Both the position numbers and the translations under genes were made by a program. A stretch of DNA of 64,000 nucleotides. Origin: a virus. The stretch is taken from positions 32,001 through 96,000 of IMG/VR virus record IMGVR_UViG_3300025436_000002; one strand, written 5' to 3'. Below the pieces are notes generated by a model. That model was not told where the DNA came from and searched no databases. It saw nothing but the letters and a program-made list of their open reading frames with translations. How positions within the stretch are numbered: the stretch's first letter is position 1; each line of letters starts with the position of its first letter. This document shows, one piece after another, positions 1 to 9,696 of the stretch.

Positions 1-1
1 C

Positions 2-127
2 TATCATGACAATAAAACCGCAATATGCCAGAAAGTTGGGATTAGACTAGTACATCTGTGGGAGAGTAGAAAACAAGATAATATGGATGAGTTAAAGAGG
101 ATAGTGGACAAAGAAATAAGGAGTTAA
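2..127 (+). CDS. 3' end of a Hef-like homing endonuclease (partial, runs off the window start)
   Basis: Frame 2 reads YHDNKTAICQKVGIRLVHLWESRKQDNMDELKRIVDKEIRS*, closely matching the C-terminus of 1818..3074 (YHDLKTSLCKDADIRLYHLWESRKGDNIEELK). Confidence 0.8.
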   Translation, partial: YHDNKTAICQKVGIRLVHLWESRKQDNMDELKRIVDKEIRS

Positions 128-128
128 T

Positions 129-218
129 ATGGATTCTAGGGGTGATGTATGTCCTGCATGTGGGACTTTAAAAGATAAGACATGTACGTGTTGTAAATGT
201 TGTGGGTTTTGCAGTTAA
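129..218 (+). CDS. 29-aa cysteine-rich micropeptide (below ORF-track cutoff)
   Basis: AGGAG then ATG; MDSRGDVCPACGTLKDKTCTCCKCCGFCS*, 8 Cys; fills the gap between neighbouring genes. Confidence 0.6.
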   Translation: MDSRGDVCPACGTLKDKTCTCCKCCGFCS

Positions 219-233
219 TACAGGAATTAGAAT

Positions 234-416
234 ATGTTTGAAAGTATTAAAAAAGAAATAAAAAGAATCATGAATAACTTAGATGAGATGCAAATCACTA
301 TAGATAGTATGAAAAGACATAGGGAAGAAACCCAGAAAGTTATGTCTATGCGAGTATCTCCAAGATTATATACAATTTCCTATGAGGATGGCAAATTAAA
401 ACGCACTTTTATTTAA
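234..416 (+). CDS. hypothetical protein
   Basis: ORF track; AGGA upstream; operon packing. Confidence 0.7.
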   Translation: MFESIKKEIKRIMNNLDEMQITIDSMKRHREETQKVMSMRVSPRLYTISYEDGKLKRTFI

Positions 417-419
417 TAA

Positions 420-608
420 ATGGGGTATGGGTATATGGATTATACAAAAGAACAGATTAAAGATATTATAGGGCAGACAAATATATGGGTTAAAACACGA
501 GAGGGTATATATACGTTAAAGGAAGCATGGGAGTCCTCTATTAAAGCTCAGAAACAGTTAGATAGAGATTTCGAAATAACAGATGACAAGTGGAGGAAGC
601 TAATATGA
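420..608 (+). CDS. hypothetical protein
   Basis: ORF track; ATGA overlap with the next gene. Confidence 0.65.
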   Translation: MGYGYMDYTKEQIKDIIGQTNIWVKTREGIYTLKEAWESSIKAQKQLDRDFEITDDKWRKLI

Positions 609-808
609 GTTCAGAGGGGAGTTTTTGTCCGTCATGTGGAGGTACAGGAGTAGTAGATGACGTATGTCCAGAGTGTGAGTTTTCTTTTGCAACAGTTTTA
701 AAGTGTCCTTTCTTAGACGATGAGGGGGTATGTAATAAGAAAGAAACTAAGTGCTCCGTTGATAAGGGTATATCCTTTGAGATATGCGAGATAATGAGAG
801 AATTTTAA
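605..808 (+). CDS. small Zn-binding protein
   Basis: CPSC, CPEC and further Cys; start reassigned to 605 (GGAGG upstream, ATGA overlap). Confidence 0.7.
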   Translation: MSSEGSFCPSCGGTGVVDDVCPECEFSFATVLKCPFLDDEGVCNKKETKCSVDKGISFEICEIMREF

Positions 809-829
809 AAAAACATAACTTTAAGAGAT

Positions 830-855
830 AAAGAGTCCTGAAAAGGGCTCTTTTT
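830..855 (+). terminator. intrinsic terminator
   Basis: AAAGAGTCC-TGAAAA-GGGCTCTTT followed by a T run. Confidence 0.7.
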
Positions 856-860
856 ATATT
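853..860 (+). promoter_or_regulatory. late-promoter-like motif TTTATATT
   Basis: Same octamer occurs just upstream of genes at 853, 3034, 3601, 5105, 8352, 18328, 20485, 52662 and 55251. Confidence 0.6.
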
Positions 861-892
861 ATATTTAGAAATATACAGGAGACCCATTAGAT

Positions 893-1828
893 ATGAAAAA
901 TTTGAATAATAGGGTATTTCAAGATTTAGAGAGAATTCTTAGAGGCCAGACGGGTAAAAACTTGGATATAGGTATTATAACAGCTGAAAATAAAGACGGT
1001 AGGCTTCTATCTGATAGAGAGAATAATGAAAGAACCGAAAGACTGTATAGGGATTTAAAAGAAATTCCGCACATTAGGATGTATAGTTTACAAGGTAATT
1101 CTAATGGGGTAGATGAGAACTCGTTCTTAGTTACGGGAGTACCTTTAAAAAAATTGGAGCAATTAGCTAGTAACTATGAACAACCTTCATTCATATACGG
1201 GAAAGGTAGAGAGGATGATATGTCCTTTCTATATATGTCAGCCATGAACTCTGGAAATGGGCATGTGGATTACGAACCTCAAGGCAGAAGAAGAACTTTT
1301 ATATTTAAACCAGATGCTAGATCTGACTATAGTAGGTATAAGGGGATTAAGTTTGTAATACCTTTCGGGGATAGTAATTATGCTGGGACGACATGGGACG
1401 AACTAACTGAGGAAGACAAAGGAGAGATGTCAGAAGAACAACACATGGAAGATGAGTTAAGTAATGAGCTATCAGAATATCCCGAGGACATTAATTATAA
1501 AAAGGAAAATGAACGGATGGAAAAATCACAGATATTAAGAATTAAAAATTTAGTAGAGTCCTTAGTTGTGGATGAGAAAGAGAAAGTCAAGATAAAAGTA
1601 AAACATGCAGACCTGTTAGAGATTCCAGAGGATAAGAAATTTTGGCAGATGCCTTTCAAGCATTACACGGATCTAGTAGATTCTAAAGGAAAAGATGGGT
1701 ATCAAAAGGTTATACGTGCACTAACCAATTTAGAAACTTGGAACGAAAAAGATGATCCTAAGATTTCAAGAGAAGCTAGAAAACTTATAGAGAAATTACA
1801 CCAGAAATTCAGACCTGATGAAAAATAG
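893..1828 (+). CDS. DUF3293-like domain protein with acidic linker and C-terminal basic domain (possible internal head protein)
   Basis: IITAEN...LSDRENNER...L, ENSFLV, LAxxYEQxS match my recollection of the DUF3293 pattern; late motif upstream. Confidence 0.55.
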   Translation: MKNLNNRVFQDLERILRGQTGKNLDIGIITAENKDGRLLSDRENNERTERLYRDLKEIPHIRMYSLQGNSNGVDENSFLVTGVPLKKLEQLASNYEQPSFIYGKGREDDMSFLYMSAMNSGNGHVDYEPQGRRRTFIFKPDARSDYSRYKGIKFVIPFGDSNYAGTTWDELTEEDKGEMSEEQHMEDELSNELSEYPEDINYKKENERMEKSQILRIKNLVESLVVDEKEKVKIKVKHADLLEIPEDKKFWQMPFKHYTDLVDSKGKDGYQKVIRALTNLETWNEKDDPKISREARKLIEKLHQKFRPDEK

Positions 1829-3074
1829 ATATGTGACAACTAATTTCGGGATACTTGATAAGGAGTCGGTAGAGGACTGGAGGAATTATTATACTTTATA
1901 CCTTAAAGGGAATTCTACTGAGGAACTATCAGATCAACTAAAGATAAGCAGAAGTCTATTGATTAGAATATTTAGAAATTTAAAGTTCCCCCTAATTGGA
2001 AAAGATTATATAAAAACAAATCTTGGGGTTATGGATAAGAGAGATCTGAGTATATGGAAACCTTACCATGTATCCTACATAAATGGGGAGTTTTCCATAA
2101 AGGACATAGCTAAGACTTTGGATATAAGTTATTGCTCTTTGAGTCGTATCTTTAAGAGATTTAATTTAAGCATGGTCGAGCCCTCTATAAGGAATACTAG
2201 ACGAAAGATTAAGATAGATGCTACTATAATGTCTAAATATGGGGTAACTCACATACTACAATCCAAAGATATAAAAAATAAGATAAGGAACACTAACTTA
2301 GAAAGAAGAGGTGTAGAGTACCCGTCCCAGTGTAGGAAAGTTAGAGATAAGATAGAGAAGGTTTGTATTAAAAAATACGGAGTCTCTTGTGTTTTAAGGA
2401 ATAAGTCTATCAAAAGACAAATATCAGATACTTTAAATATAAAGTATGGAGTAAGTTATTGTGGACAAATAGAAACCCACACAAATATACTTAAGGGTAG
2501 GGCTTTATTAAGATGGGAGGAATATCTACTAGAAAACGACTATACTTTACTAAGTGAATACTCTGGAAGAATTGAGAAAGAATCTGGAAAGTATGTATGT
2601 AATAAGGAGTACTCTTTCAAACATAACCCATGTGGAAACATATTTAAGAGTACCCTCTCCAAAAGTATCATATGTCCACACTGTTGTAGGGGGAATAGGT
2701 CAAAAAATGAGATAGATATACACAGTTATATTATATCGTTAGGTTTCGAGGTAGAGACAAATAATTGGAATCTCATAAAGAATCCTGTAACGGGGAGATG
2801 TTTTGAGATAGACCTATATATACCTAAATTGAGAATAGCCTTTGAGTATAATGGATGGTATTGGCATAGGGAAGTAGACGAAGCAGATACCATAAATTTA
2901 AACATTAAAGACACTAAACCAAATGGATATCATGATTTAAAAACAAGCCTATGTAAGGATGCAGATATCAGACTGTACCACCTCTGGGAAAGTAGGAAGG
3001 GTGATAACATAGAAGAGTTAAAACAACAGGTATTTTATATTTTAAATGTATACTTAGACAATAAAGAAGATTAA
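1818..3074 (+). CDS. Hef-like homing endonuclease (KYGV repeats, CxxC, PD-(D/E)xK-type nuclease domain)
   Basis: KYGV repeats; CPHC; EIDLYIPKLRIAFEYNGWYWH...YHLWE. Confidence 0.8.
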   Translation: MKNRYVTTNFGILDKESVEDWRNYYTLYLKGNSTEELSDQLKISRSLLIRIFRNLKFPLIGKDYIKTNLGVMDKRDLSIWKPYHVSYINGEFSIKDIAKTLDISYCSLSRIFKRFNLSMVEPSIRNTRRKIKIDATIMSKYGVTHILQSKDIKNKIRNTNLERRGVEYPSQCRKVRDKIEKVCIKKYGVSCVLRNKSIKRQISDTLNIKYGVSYCGQIETHTNILKGRALLRWEEYLLENDYTLLSEYSGRIEKESGKYVCNKEYSFKHNPCGNIFKSTLSKSIICPHCCRGNRSKNEIDIHSYIISLGFEVETNNWNLIKNPVTGRCFEIDLYIPKLRIAFEYNGWYWHREVDEADTINLNIKDTKPNGYHDLKTSLCKDADIRLYHLWESRKGDNIEELKQQVFYILNVYLDNKED

Positions 3075-3097
3075 TTAGAGAAAGGAGGTTAAATAGA

Positions 3098-3184
3098 ATG
3101 GCTAAAGCTAAAAAACCACAACCAAAACCACAAGCAGCTCCAGTTAAGAAACCAAATAAACCCGTTAAGAAAAAAGGTAAATAA
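3098..3184 (+). CDS. 28-aa Lys/Pro/Ala-rich basic peptide (below ORF-track cutoff)
   Basis: Perfect AAAGGAGG RBS; MAKAKKPQPKPQAAPVKKPNKPVKKKGK*; late motif at 3034. Confidence 0.75.
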   Translation: MAKAKKPQPKPQAAPVKKPNKPVKKKGK

Positions 3185-3185
3185 C

Positions 3186-3590
3186 ATGTCGTTAAATAGA
3201 TTAAGGAAGATAATTGAATCTGTACAAGAAGGTAGAAGTCTAGTTAATGAAAATGAAACTACTGAGAAGAACATAAAGGCTTTTATAGAGGGTTCTATTG
3301 AGGACTTAGAGAACATGCTTAGAGTACAACGGGATAAAGTAAGCATAGAAGTTATTAGGAGAACTAGAGAAGTCATAGCTGATTTAAAAAAAGCTCTTCA
3401 ACTCATGGCACATGTATGTGAAGACTACATAGATGAAGACGGAGAAGGGGCTTCATTCGACGGTGGCATAGGAGATTTGGGAGAATTACCTAAAGTTGCC
3501 TATGGAAGTGTAGACTCCCGAGGTGGTAGCATGCGATACAAAGATAAAAGCATGATAAAAAAGAAAAAGCGGAAGAAAAAACAAGATTAA
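3186..3590 (+). CDS. hypothetical virion/internal head protein
   Basis: ORF track; N-terminal IIE/VNE motifs, basic C-terminal tail; late region. Confidence 0.6.
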   Translation: MSLNRLRKIIESVQEGRSLVNENETTEKNIKAFIEGSIEDLENMLRVQRDKVSIEVIRRTREVIADLKKALQLMAHVCEDYIDEDGEGASFDGGIGDLGELPKVAYGSVDSRGGSMRYKDKSMIKKKKRKKKQD

Positions 3591-3672
3591 TATACACATC
3601 TTTATATTATAATTATTAAGGGATAGGTTATTTATAGCTCTATCCCACTTTTGTTAATAAAGGAGGCTGCCT

Positions 3673-4119
3673 TTGAGTATTCTTACAGATCTTTTACAGG
3701 TCTTCACGACTATTACCCCAGGCATACTTGACGTGTATATAAATTTATTTGGAGTACCTTGTGACATATTCCATCCAGTAGTAGAGGATAGATTTTTTGA
3801 CGATCATGCTAAACCTAAATATTTAAAAATACCTAATGAGAGAGATAGGCAAGTATTAATAGTAAACTTCATAAAAAGTAGTGCGTTAAGAGGGAACATG
3901 GTTCAATTCGAATCCTTCTTTGGGGATGGGGACGACAGACCTTTTATAATAACACATGAAGCACAACGTCTCCCACCTAGAACTAGGATAGATGCTTATT
4001 TCGGCTCCACTAAAATGTCGTTCCAAACTGAGACTGATTACGTCATAACGGGTTGTGAAACCCCAAATGCAGCAGGAAATACTATAATGGTTAAACAAAT
4101 GTTGAGACCCTTAACTTAA
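3673..4119 (+). CDS. putative neck/head-closure protein
   Basis: AAGGAGG RBS with TTG start; YINLFGVPCDIF resembles the N-terminus of gp14-type neck proteins; position before tail genes. Confidence 0.5.
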   Translation: MSILTDLLQVFTTITPGILDVYINLFGVPCDIFHPVVEDRFFDDHAKPKYLKIPNERDRQVLIVNFIKSSALRGNMVQFESFFGDGDDRPFIITHEAQRLPPRTRIDAYFGSTKMSFQTETDYVITGCETPNAAGNTIMVKQMLRPLT

Positions 4120-4134
4120 CGGAAGAGTATATAA

Positions 4135-5094
4135 ATGTATTTTAAATATATAGTAAATTCATTTTTTAAAGATGTAAAACAGTATTCAGATTTTAATTTT
4201 ATGGATTTAATGAGTCCTGAGGAAAACGTACTAACAGATAAGTATTACTTCTTTGATGCTGTCTTACAATTTGATGAAAGATTTCGTAAAAGGATGGCTT
4301 ATAAATCATATGAGGATAGGGAAGATCCCTTTATATGTGCTATGTGGAATATGTCAATAATGTCTCCCATAACTGAGCAATCAAGACAGTTCCAATCATT
4401 TAAAACTAGTATGAATACTGGAACAGCAGAAGAATTTACAATTAAAAATGTACAGTGTACTTTTAATGTTGTATGGGTTTCAAACGATCCAGAATATTTG
4501 ATGTCTTTTGAAGAATATTTCATGGTAAGTTATGATAGAAGTATCACCCTCGATACGACATATGAAGTACCTGTAACTTATCAAGACATGGGAAGTGTGT
4601 CTGAAATTAATCAGATCTTAAAAACTTTTAAAGTTGAAGGTGAGTATCATTTTGTAACTATTGGGGATACGGTGTCGATATTTAACTCATTAAATAACAA
4701 TGGAAGCTATTTAATAACAAACGTATTAATATCTGGAGGAAACACTACATTAACTACTTCTAATTCGATACCTAGTCCAGTGGTTGATGGCACAGCTGTT
4801 AAGAATAACGGAGTTTGGGAATTAGATGCTAAAGCATACCTGACTAATATAGCTTTTTCAGAATTTAATAAGTTGGAGCCCTTAGATAGGGGAGAGATGA
4901 CCTTTTTAACTAGTACTATGGATTTACAATATCCGATACTTATGAATAAAACTAGGACAAATAACGGAGGGACAGGCGGATTACCTAAAAAAATCATAAA
5001 ACACATCCACTATAAAACTAAAACGGTAGCTGACGTATCCAATGTAACAGCGTCCGACATGACAACCCCATATGAAGAAATAATCATAGAATAA
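4135..5094 (+). CDS. putative tail completion/terminator protein with inserted beta module
   Basis: Position between neck and sheath; module at 4621-4791 shared with other virion proteins. Confidence 0.5.
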   Translation: MYFKYIVNSFFKDVKQYSDFNFMDLMSPEENVLTDKYYFFDAVLQFDERFRKRMAYKSYEDREDPFICAMWNMSIMSPITEQSRQFQSFKTSMNTGTAEEFTIKNVQCTFNVVWVSNDPEYLMSFEEYFMVSYDRSITLDTTYEVPVTYQDMGSVSEINQILKTFKVEGEYHFVTIGDTVSIFNSLNNNGSYLITNVLISGGNTTLTTSNSIPSPVVDGTAVKNNGVWELDAKAYLTNIAFSEFNKLEPLDRGEMTFLTSTMDLQYPILMNKTRTNNGGTGGLPKKIIKHIHYKTKTVADVSNVTASDMTTPYEEIIIE

Positions 5095-5145
5095 ATTGCT
5101 AAGATTTATATTATATATAGATGAAACTTAGAGGAGAATATAAGA

Positions 5146-5304
5146 ATGTACGAAGCAAGAATAATCTCTAAAGCTGACTACCCCGTAGTCATAAAGTACA
5201 AGGGAGAGTTCAAGGTAGTAAGCCCAAGGGAACAATTTAATGTAGTTAAAAAATCAGACATAGAGGGTGTGTTACCTTCTGAATTAAGAATGGTAAGTTA
5301 TTAG
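5146..5304 (+). CDS. 52-aa hypothetical protein (below ORF-track cutoff)
   Basis: Late motif at 5105, GAGGAG RBS; MYEARIISKADYPVVIKYKGEFKVVSPREQFNVVKKSDIEGVLPSELRMVSY*. Confidence 0.75.
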   Translation: MYEARIISKADYPVVIKYKGEFKVVSPREQFNVVKKSDIEGVLPSELRMVSY

Positions 5305-5326
5305 TTATTAATTAGGAGATATACAC

Positions 5327-7117
5327 ATGACAGCTCCAAACATTTTTACAAAAGAAATAGATATATCCACAAGAGTTCCGTCTTCTGCGGGAGATGTTTA
5401 CGGAGGCATTGTAGTCCGTTCTCCTAAAGGAGAAGTAGGTAAGCCTCTCTTCATGACATCAGATACTGATTTACTAAAGTATCTTACTCCTAATGAGAGG
5501 GTCGAAGTAGGGTATGACATGGCATTCTATTCAGCATTGGCTTATCTATCTAAGACAAATAAGTTATGGGTAGTTAGAGCTGACAATGGTTCTACCTATG
5601 GTGGAGCTATCATGGGAACAGTTTCTAATACGAGTCTAACATCTGTAAATCTGGGGAATATTTCATACGTAAATACAGGAGCAGGTACTGGATTTTTCTC
5701 GATTGCGGGAGACGTTTCTGCAAAATTTAAAATAGGGGATTCTATAAAAATAGAAGGATCTACTGCAAACGACGGTGTGTACACTGTGGCAAGTGCTACT
5801 TTTAATACCCCAAATACAGACATAATAGTTAATGAAGAAGTACTGGATGATACTGTAGATGGACATGTTAATAGGAATTCAATAGTCACTCCCACTAATT
5901 ATGAATTTGAGGTTACAGATGCGTTATTGATAACAGGATCTAACCAAGGTTCATGGGCTAATGACATTCAGATAACCCTATTTACCTATGCAGTAAGCCC
6001 AGACATCGTAAAAGAAGAAGGAGCTTTCCAAATAAATGTACTTAAAAAATCAACAGGTGACTTACTAGAAACATTTATTTGTTCAAGAGTAGTTGGGGCT
6101 AAAGACGGCTACGGTCAAAATATTTACGTAGAGGATATAGTAACTTCTTCTAACTATATTAACATTATTGATAACGTAGACGTGCCTTCTGATACAGCAT
6201 TAATTGAACAAACAACTCCATTATCTCTACTAGGAGCTTTGGATGGTGGAACGATATCAGATAGTCATATGCAAACAGCACTATCTAAACTACAAAATAA
6301 AAATGAAATACCTCTAACTATTATAATGGACGGGGGCTGGACTACAGTAGCTTATCAAAGGGCTATGGATGCTCTATGTCAAAGTAGAAAAGATTGTGTA
6401 TCATGTTTATCCACTCCGTATTCAGCAGAAAATAGTTCTACTTATATGACAGATATAGTGGCATATAGAAAGACTGATTTAAACTTAAATAGTTCTTATT
6501 CAGCTTTATATACTCCAAATCTTCAGATACAGGATAGGTTTAATTCAAGAAAAATATTCGTATCTCCAGACGGATATGCAGCAGCAGCTATAGCAGAAAC
6601 GGCTTCTAATTACGAAATATGGTATGCTCCAGCAGGTACTAGAAGAGGCATGCTTAACGTACTAGACGTAAAAAGAAGATTCTCAGAGGGAGAACTTGAC
6701 TTATTATATGATAATGGAATAAACCCAATTAAATTCCTACATGGAAGGGGTATTGCAATATGGGGTCAGAAAACATTATCATCTAGACCTTCTGCATTAG
6801 ATAGATTGAATGTAAGACTAATGCTTGTCACGGTAGAACCAGCAGTTTCTGTATTCCTAGAAGATTTCCTATTCGAGTTTAATGATACTCTGACAAGACT
6901 TCTTGTCAGATCTGGAATAGAGTCTTACATGGATGGTATAAAATCTAGAAAAGGAGTCTATGCTTATACTGTGGTATGTGACGAGAGTAATAATACGGCT
7001 GAGGATATAGATAATAATAAATTAAATGTATTCTTGTATGTACAACCCACAAAAACATCTGAATTTATAACCTTATCCGTCATTATAACAAGAACTGGAT
7101 TTACGATTACAACTTAG
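5327..7117 (+). CDS. tail sheath protein (T4 gp18-like)
   Basis: EIDIS at N-terminus, WYAPAG..RG, LYDNGINPI, IWGQKT, LDRLNVR, FEFND, VCDESNNT. Confidence 0.97.
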   Translation: MTAPNIFTKEIDISTRVPSSAGDVYGGIVVRSPKGEVGKPLFMTSDTDLLKYLTPNERVEVGYDMAFYSALAYLSKTNKLWVVRADNGSTYGGAIMGTVSNTSLTSVNLGNISYVNTGAGTGFFSIAGDVSAKFKIGDSIKIEGSTANDGVYTVASATFNTPNTDIIVNEEVLDDTVDGHVNRNSIVTPTNYEFEVTDALLITGSNQGSWANDIQITLFTYAVSPDIVKEEGAFQINVLKKSTGDLLETFICSRVVGAKDGYGQNIYVEDIVTSSNYINIIDNVDVPSDTALIEQTTPLSLLGALDGGTISDSHMQTALSKLQNKNEIPLTIIMDGGWTTVAYQRAMDALCQSRKDCVSCLSTPYSAENSSTYMTDIVAYRKTDLNLNSSYSALYTPNLQIQDRFNSRKIFVSPDGYAAAAIAETASNYEIWYAPAGTRRGMLNVLDVKRRFSEGELDLLYDNGINPIKFLHGRGIAIWGQKTLSSRPSALDRLNVRLMLVTVEPAVSVFLEDFLFEFNDTLTRLLVRSGIESYMDGIKSRKGVYAYTVVCDESNNTAEDIDNNKLNVFLYVQPTKTSEFITLSVIITRTGFTITT

Positions 7118-7139
7118 ATTAGTTATAGGAGATAAAAAT

Positions 7140-7652
7140 ATGTCTGATATCAGACCAAGTATTACAGATGTAGTAGGAATACAGGATTTCGCAGTTCTAT
7201 ACAAGTGGAAAATTGTATTCTCTAAGGTGCCAGCAGGACTGGATAAGTATCTAGGAGGGCTTTTAAATCTATACGCCCTCTCCTCGGAATACCCTAAATT
7301 TTCCGAAGAAGAGATAGAGACCACAATGCATGGTAAGAAGGTCTATCAAGCTGGCATGAGAACGTATGATCCAATAACTATAACTTTTATAGAAAATAAT
7401 AGTGCAATTATACAGAAGTTTATAAAAGCTTGGGCAGCTCTCATAAATACTCCCAACGAAGAAGGTCAAAAAGCTAAGAAAGATTACGTATGCCAGATAC
7501 AACTTTCCCCGTTAAAGGCTGACGGAGGTAATCTGGCTTCATACAACCTTGTGAATTGTTGGATGCAGACTCACACGATAGGAAACCCAGATGGTAGTGC
7601 GAATGAGACTATCAAACCAGAAATTACTTTGAGATTTGATTATTTTGATTAA
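7140..7652 (+). CDS. tail tube protein (gp19-like)
   Basis: Follows sheath; G.RTYDPITITF, YNLVNCW, ITLRFDYF. Confidence 0.9.
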   Translation: MSDIRPSITDVVGIQDFAVLYKWKIVFSKVPAGLDKYLGGLLNLYALSSEYPKFSEEEIETTMHGKKVYQAGMRTYDPITITFIENNSAIIQKFIKAWAALINTPNEEGQKAKKDYVCQIQLSPLKADGGNLASYNLVNCWMQTHTIGNPDGSANETIKPEITLRFDYFD

Positions 7653-7669
7653 CATTCTAACCTAGTAAG

Positions 7670-7731
7670 GTAACAATATCTTAATAAAATAGAGAGACAG
7701 ACTTGTAAAAGAGTCTGTCTCTTGGTATAGT
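7670..7731 (+). promoter_or_regulatory. sigma70-type promoter/stem-loop cassette
   Basis: GTAACAATA upstream element; TTGTAA-N17-TATAGT with TG extension; 11-bp inverted repeat AGAGACAGACT/AGTCTGTCTCT over the -35 and spacer. Confidence 0.75.
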
Positions 7732-7761
7732 GTTAATATAACAAATATAAGGAATAATCCC

Positions 7762-8337
7762 ATGTTGAATTACGATTATGGATATTATACGGAAGAGCAA
7801 GAAGTGTCCTCAAAACATATATATTACTTAGAAAAACTATATGTTTTATACACTAAGCCCATGACATATGCCATTTTATTTGTACTATGTTTAACATGTT
7901 TATTAATAAAATCCCCCGTATTTTACGAAATAATCACTAACTTAGGAACAGTCTTTATGTCTATTATATCATTAGTATTCCAGATAGGTTTGGTAATATT
8001 AATAATATTATTTATAGTTTGGGTAGACTCTGTATCCCCGAATACTGAAAACTACATTCCAGTATACCGAGATAGATTATCAGATATTTTAAAAAGAGAT
8101 ATAGAGTACCAAGAGAGGCAGATAAAAGAAGCTAAGTATCAAAATGATTTAGAACTATCTCGAGAAAAATTTAGAAAATCCCAAGAACCTCCCAAGTATA
8201 GAGTAGACTTTCTAACCTACAACCATGGATGTACTATAACTGAAATAGTACAAGCCCGAAATACTATGGAAGTAAGAGCTAGATACAACTCCGACTCTAG
8301 GGTCAGATCACTATTAAGAATATCCTGTGCTTATTAA
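7762..8337 (+). CDS. membrane protein (2 predicted TM helices), moron-like insertion in the tail operon
   Basis: Two long hydrophobic stretches; own sigma70-type promoter; late motif resumes at 8352. Confidence 0.75.
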   Translation: MLNYDYGYYTEEQEVSSKHIYYLEKLYVLYTKPMTYAILFVLCLTCLLIKSPVFYEIITNLGTVFMSIISLVFQIGLVILIILFIVWVDSVSPNTENYIPVYRDRLSDILKRDIEYQERQIKEAKYQNDLELSREKFRKSQEPPKYRVDFLTYNHGCTITEIVQARNTMEVRARYNSDSRVRSLLRISCAY

Positions 8338-8392
8338 CGAGTATAGGATATTTTATATTATATTTAGGAGTAACTAACTAGGGATTTTAAAA

Positions 8393-8938
8393 TTGGCAAA
8401 CGGTTTTACATCTAATAATCTCAAAGGCCAATCTATATCTGATATAGGTTCCGTAGCTTGGGGTTTAGGGTTTAATTATCTAGTAACTATTGATAGGATA
8501 AAATCACCATTTACGGGGAATGTTGCTCTTGGGAATGTCATACCTTGTTATCAAGTACAAGAGAAGATCCCATTAATGAAGTCTATGCAAGTAAAGTTAC
8601 CCATGTACGGAAACTTTAATATTCCCATTGGGATAGAGTTACCTACATTAACAGTATCTTTATATGATGACGAGAATTGTATTGTCGAGAAATCTATAAA
8701 AGACTGGATAAATGACATATTTTACACGGGAACTTCTATAAGAACCTTAGATGAAAATACCACGAAGCTAACGGTATTTAAACTATCATCAAATAAGAAG
8801 ATAACACTAATGACGAGTTATGAAGTATACCCAGAAGGGGATTGTCAAGTAACAATGGGTTCCAATATTACATTAAAAGAGTTGAATGTAAATTTCAATG
8901 TTGTTTATATATATCCTAGGGAGGATTTTACCGTTTAA
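8393..8938 (+). CDS. tail tube initiator / tube-like baseplate protein
   Basis: LTVSLYDDENCIVEKSIKDW resembles the tube fold; position. Confidence 0.6.
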   Translation: MANGFTSNNLKGQSISDIGSVAWGLGFNYLVTIDRIKSPFTGNVALGNVIPCYQVQEKIPLMKSMQVKLPMYGNFNIPIGIELPTLTVSLYDDENCIVEKSIKDWINDIFYTGTSIRTLDENTTKLTVFKLSSNKKITLMTSYEVYPEGDCQVTMGSNITLKELNVNFNVVYIYPREDFTV

Positions 8939-8961
8939 TTGGGGGAAAAGGGGTTTAAGGG

Positions 8962-9696
8962 ATGGAAAATTCAAGAAAGTATTTACCTAAATATCAAGAA
9001 AAATGGCTACCTTCGGGAAACTTGCAATACCCCGATGGAGTTAACATACATTACTATCCTTTTTCTTTTGGAGAAATTCTAAAGATAAATCAATCAAATC
9101 TGGATGAGATAGCTATGTATAATATGATGTTAGAAGGTGTTGAAATAATAGGTATGCCAGTAGAGGATTTAACTTTCTACGACGCTTTATACTTAGGGTG
9201 GAGACGAAAGACAGCTAGTCTAGGCGTGTCCATGTTAGACATAAAATCATACTGCCCCAACTGTGATACAACCAACATAACTGTTTTTGATTTAACAGAG
9301 TTAAAGTATATAGATGTTGAGATGAAGGCGATGCCCGCTAAAACTGTGATATGTGGAGAAGAATTACATTTTGGATTTATTACGATAAAAGACTATATGG
9401 AGTTACAATCTAAAGATCTACATAAAGACGTACTAGCTGTGTATGCTAAATCAGTAACCAATAGGAGTTACGAGGAAGCCTATGAGATTATATCCAGTGC
9501 TATGGGGAATGACGTAGATAAGTTAGAGACACTTAATAGAATTCTATATCATGGAGTAAAGCCCATAAATGTGACATGTAGAGGTTGTGGTCAAGAGTAT
9601 GCTATAAGAATAACAGACTCCTCGGAGGTAGAGATTCTCAAACCCTTTCGTGGAGAAGAAGTCATTATACGAGATGAAATTTCTTTTGGCGACTAA
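8962..9696 (+). CDS. baseplate hub / tail assembly chaperone (gp26-like)
   Basis: LPSG..YP, DLTFYD, CPNC and CRGC; immediately upstream of the tape measure gene. Confidence 0.75.
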   Translation: MENSRKYLPKYQEKWLPSGNLQYPDGVNIHYYPFSFGEILKINQSNLDEIAMYNMMLEGVEIIGMPVEDLTFYDALYLGWRRKTASLGVSMLDIKSYCPNCDTTNITVFDLTELKYIDVEMKAMPAKTVICGEELHFGFITIKDYMELQSKDLHKDVLAVYAKSVTNRSYEEAYEIISSAMGNDVDKLETLNRILYHGVKPINVTCRGCGQEYAIRITDSSEVEILKPFRGEEVIIRDEISFGD

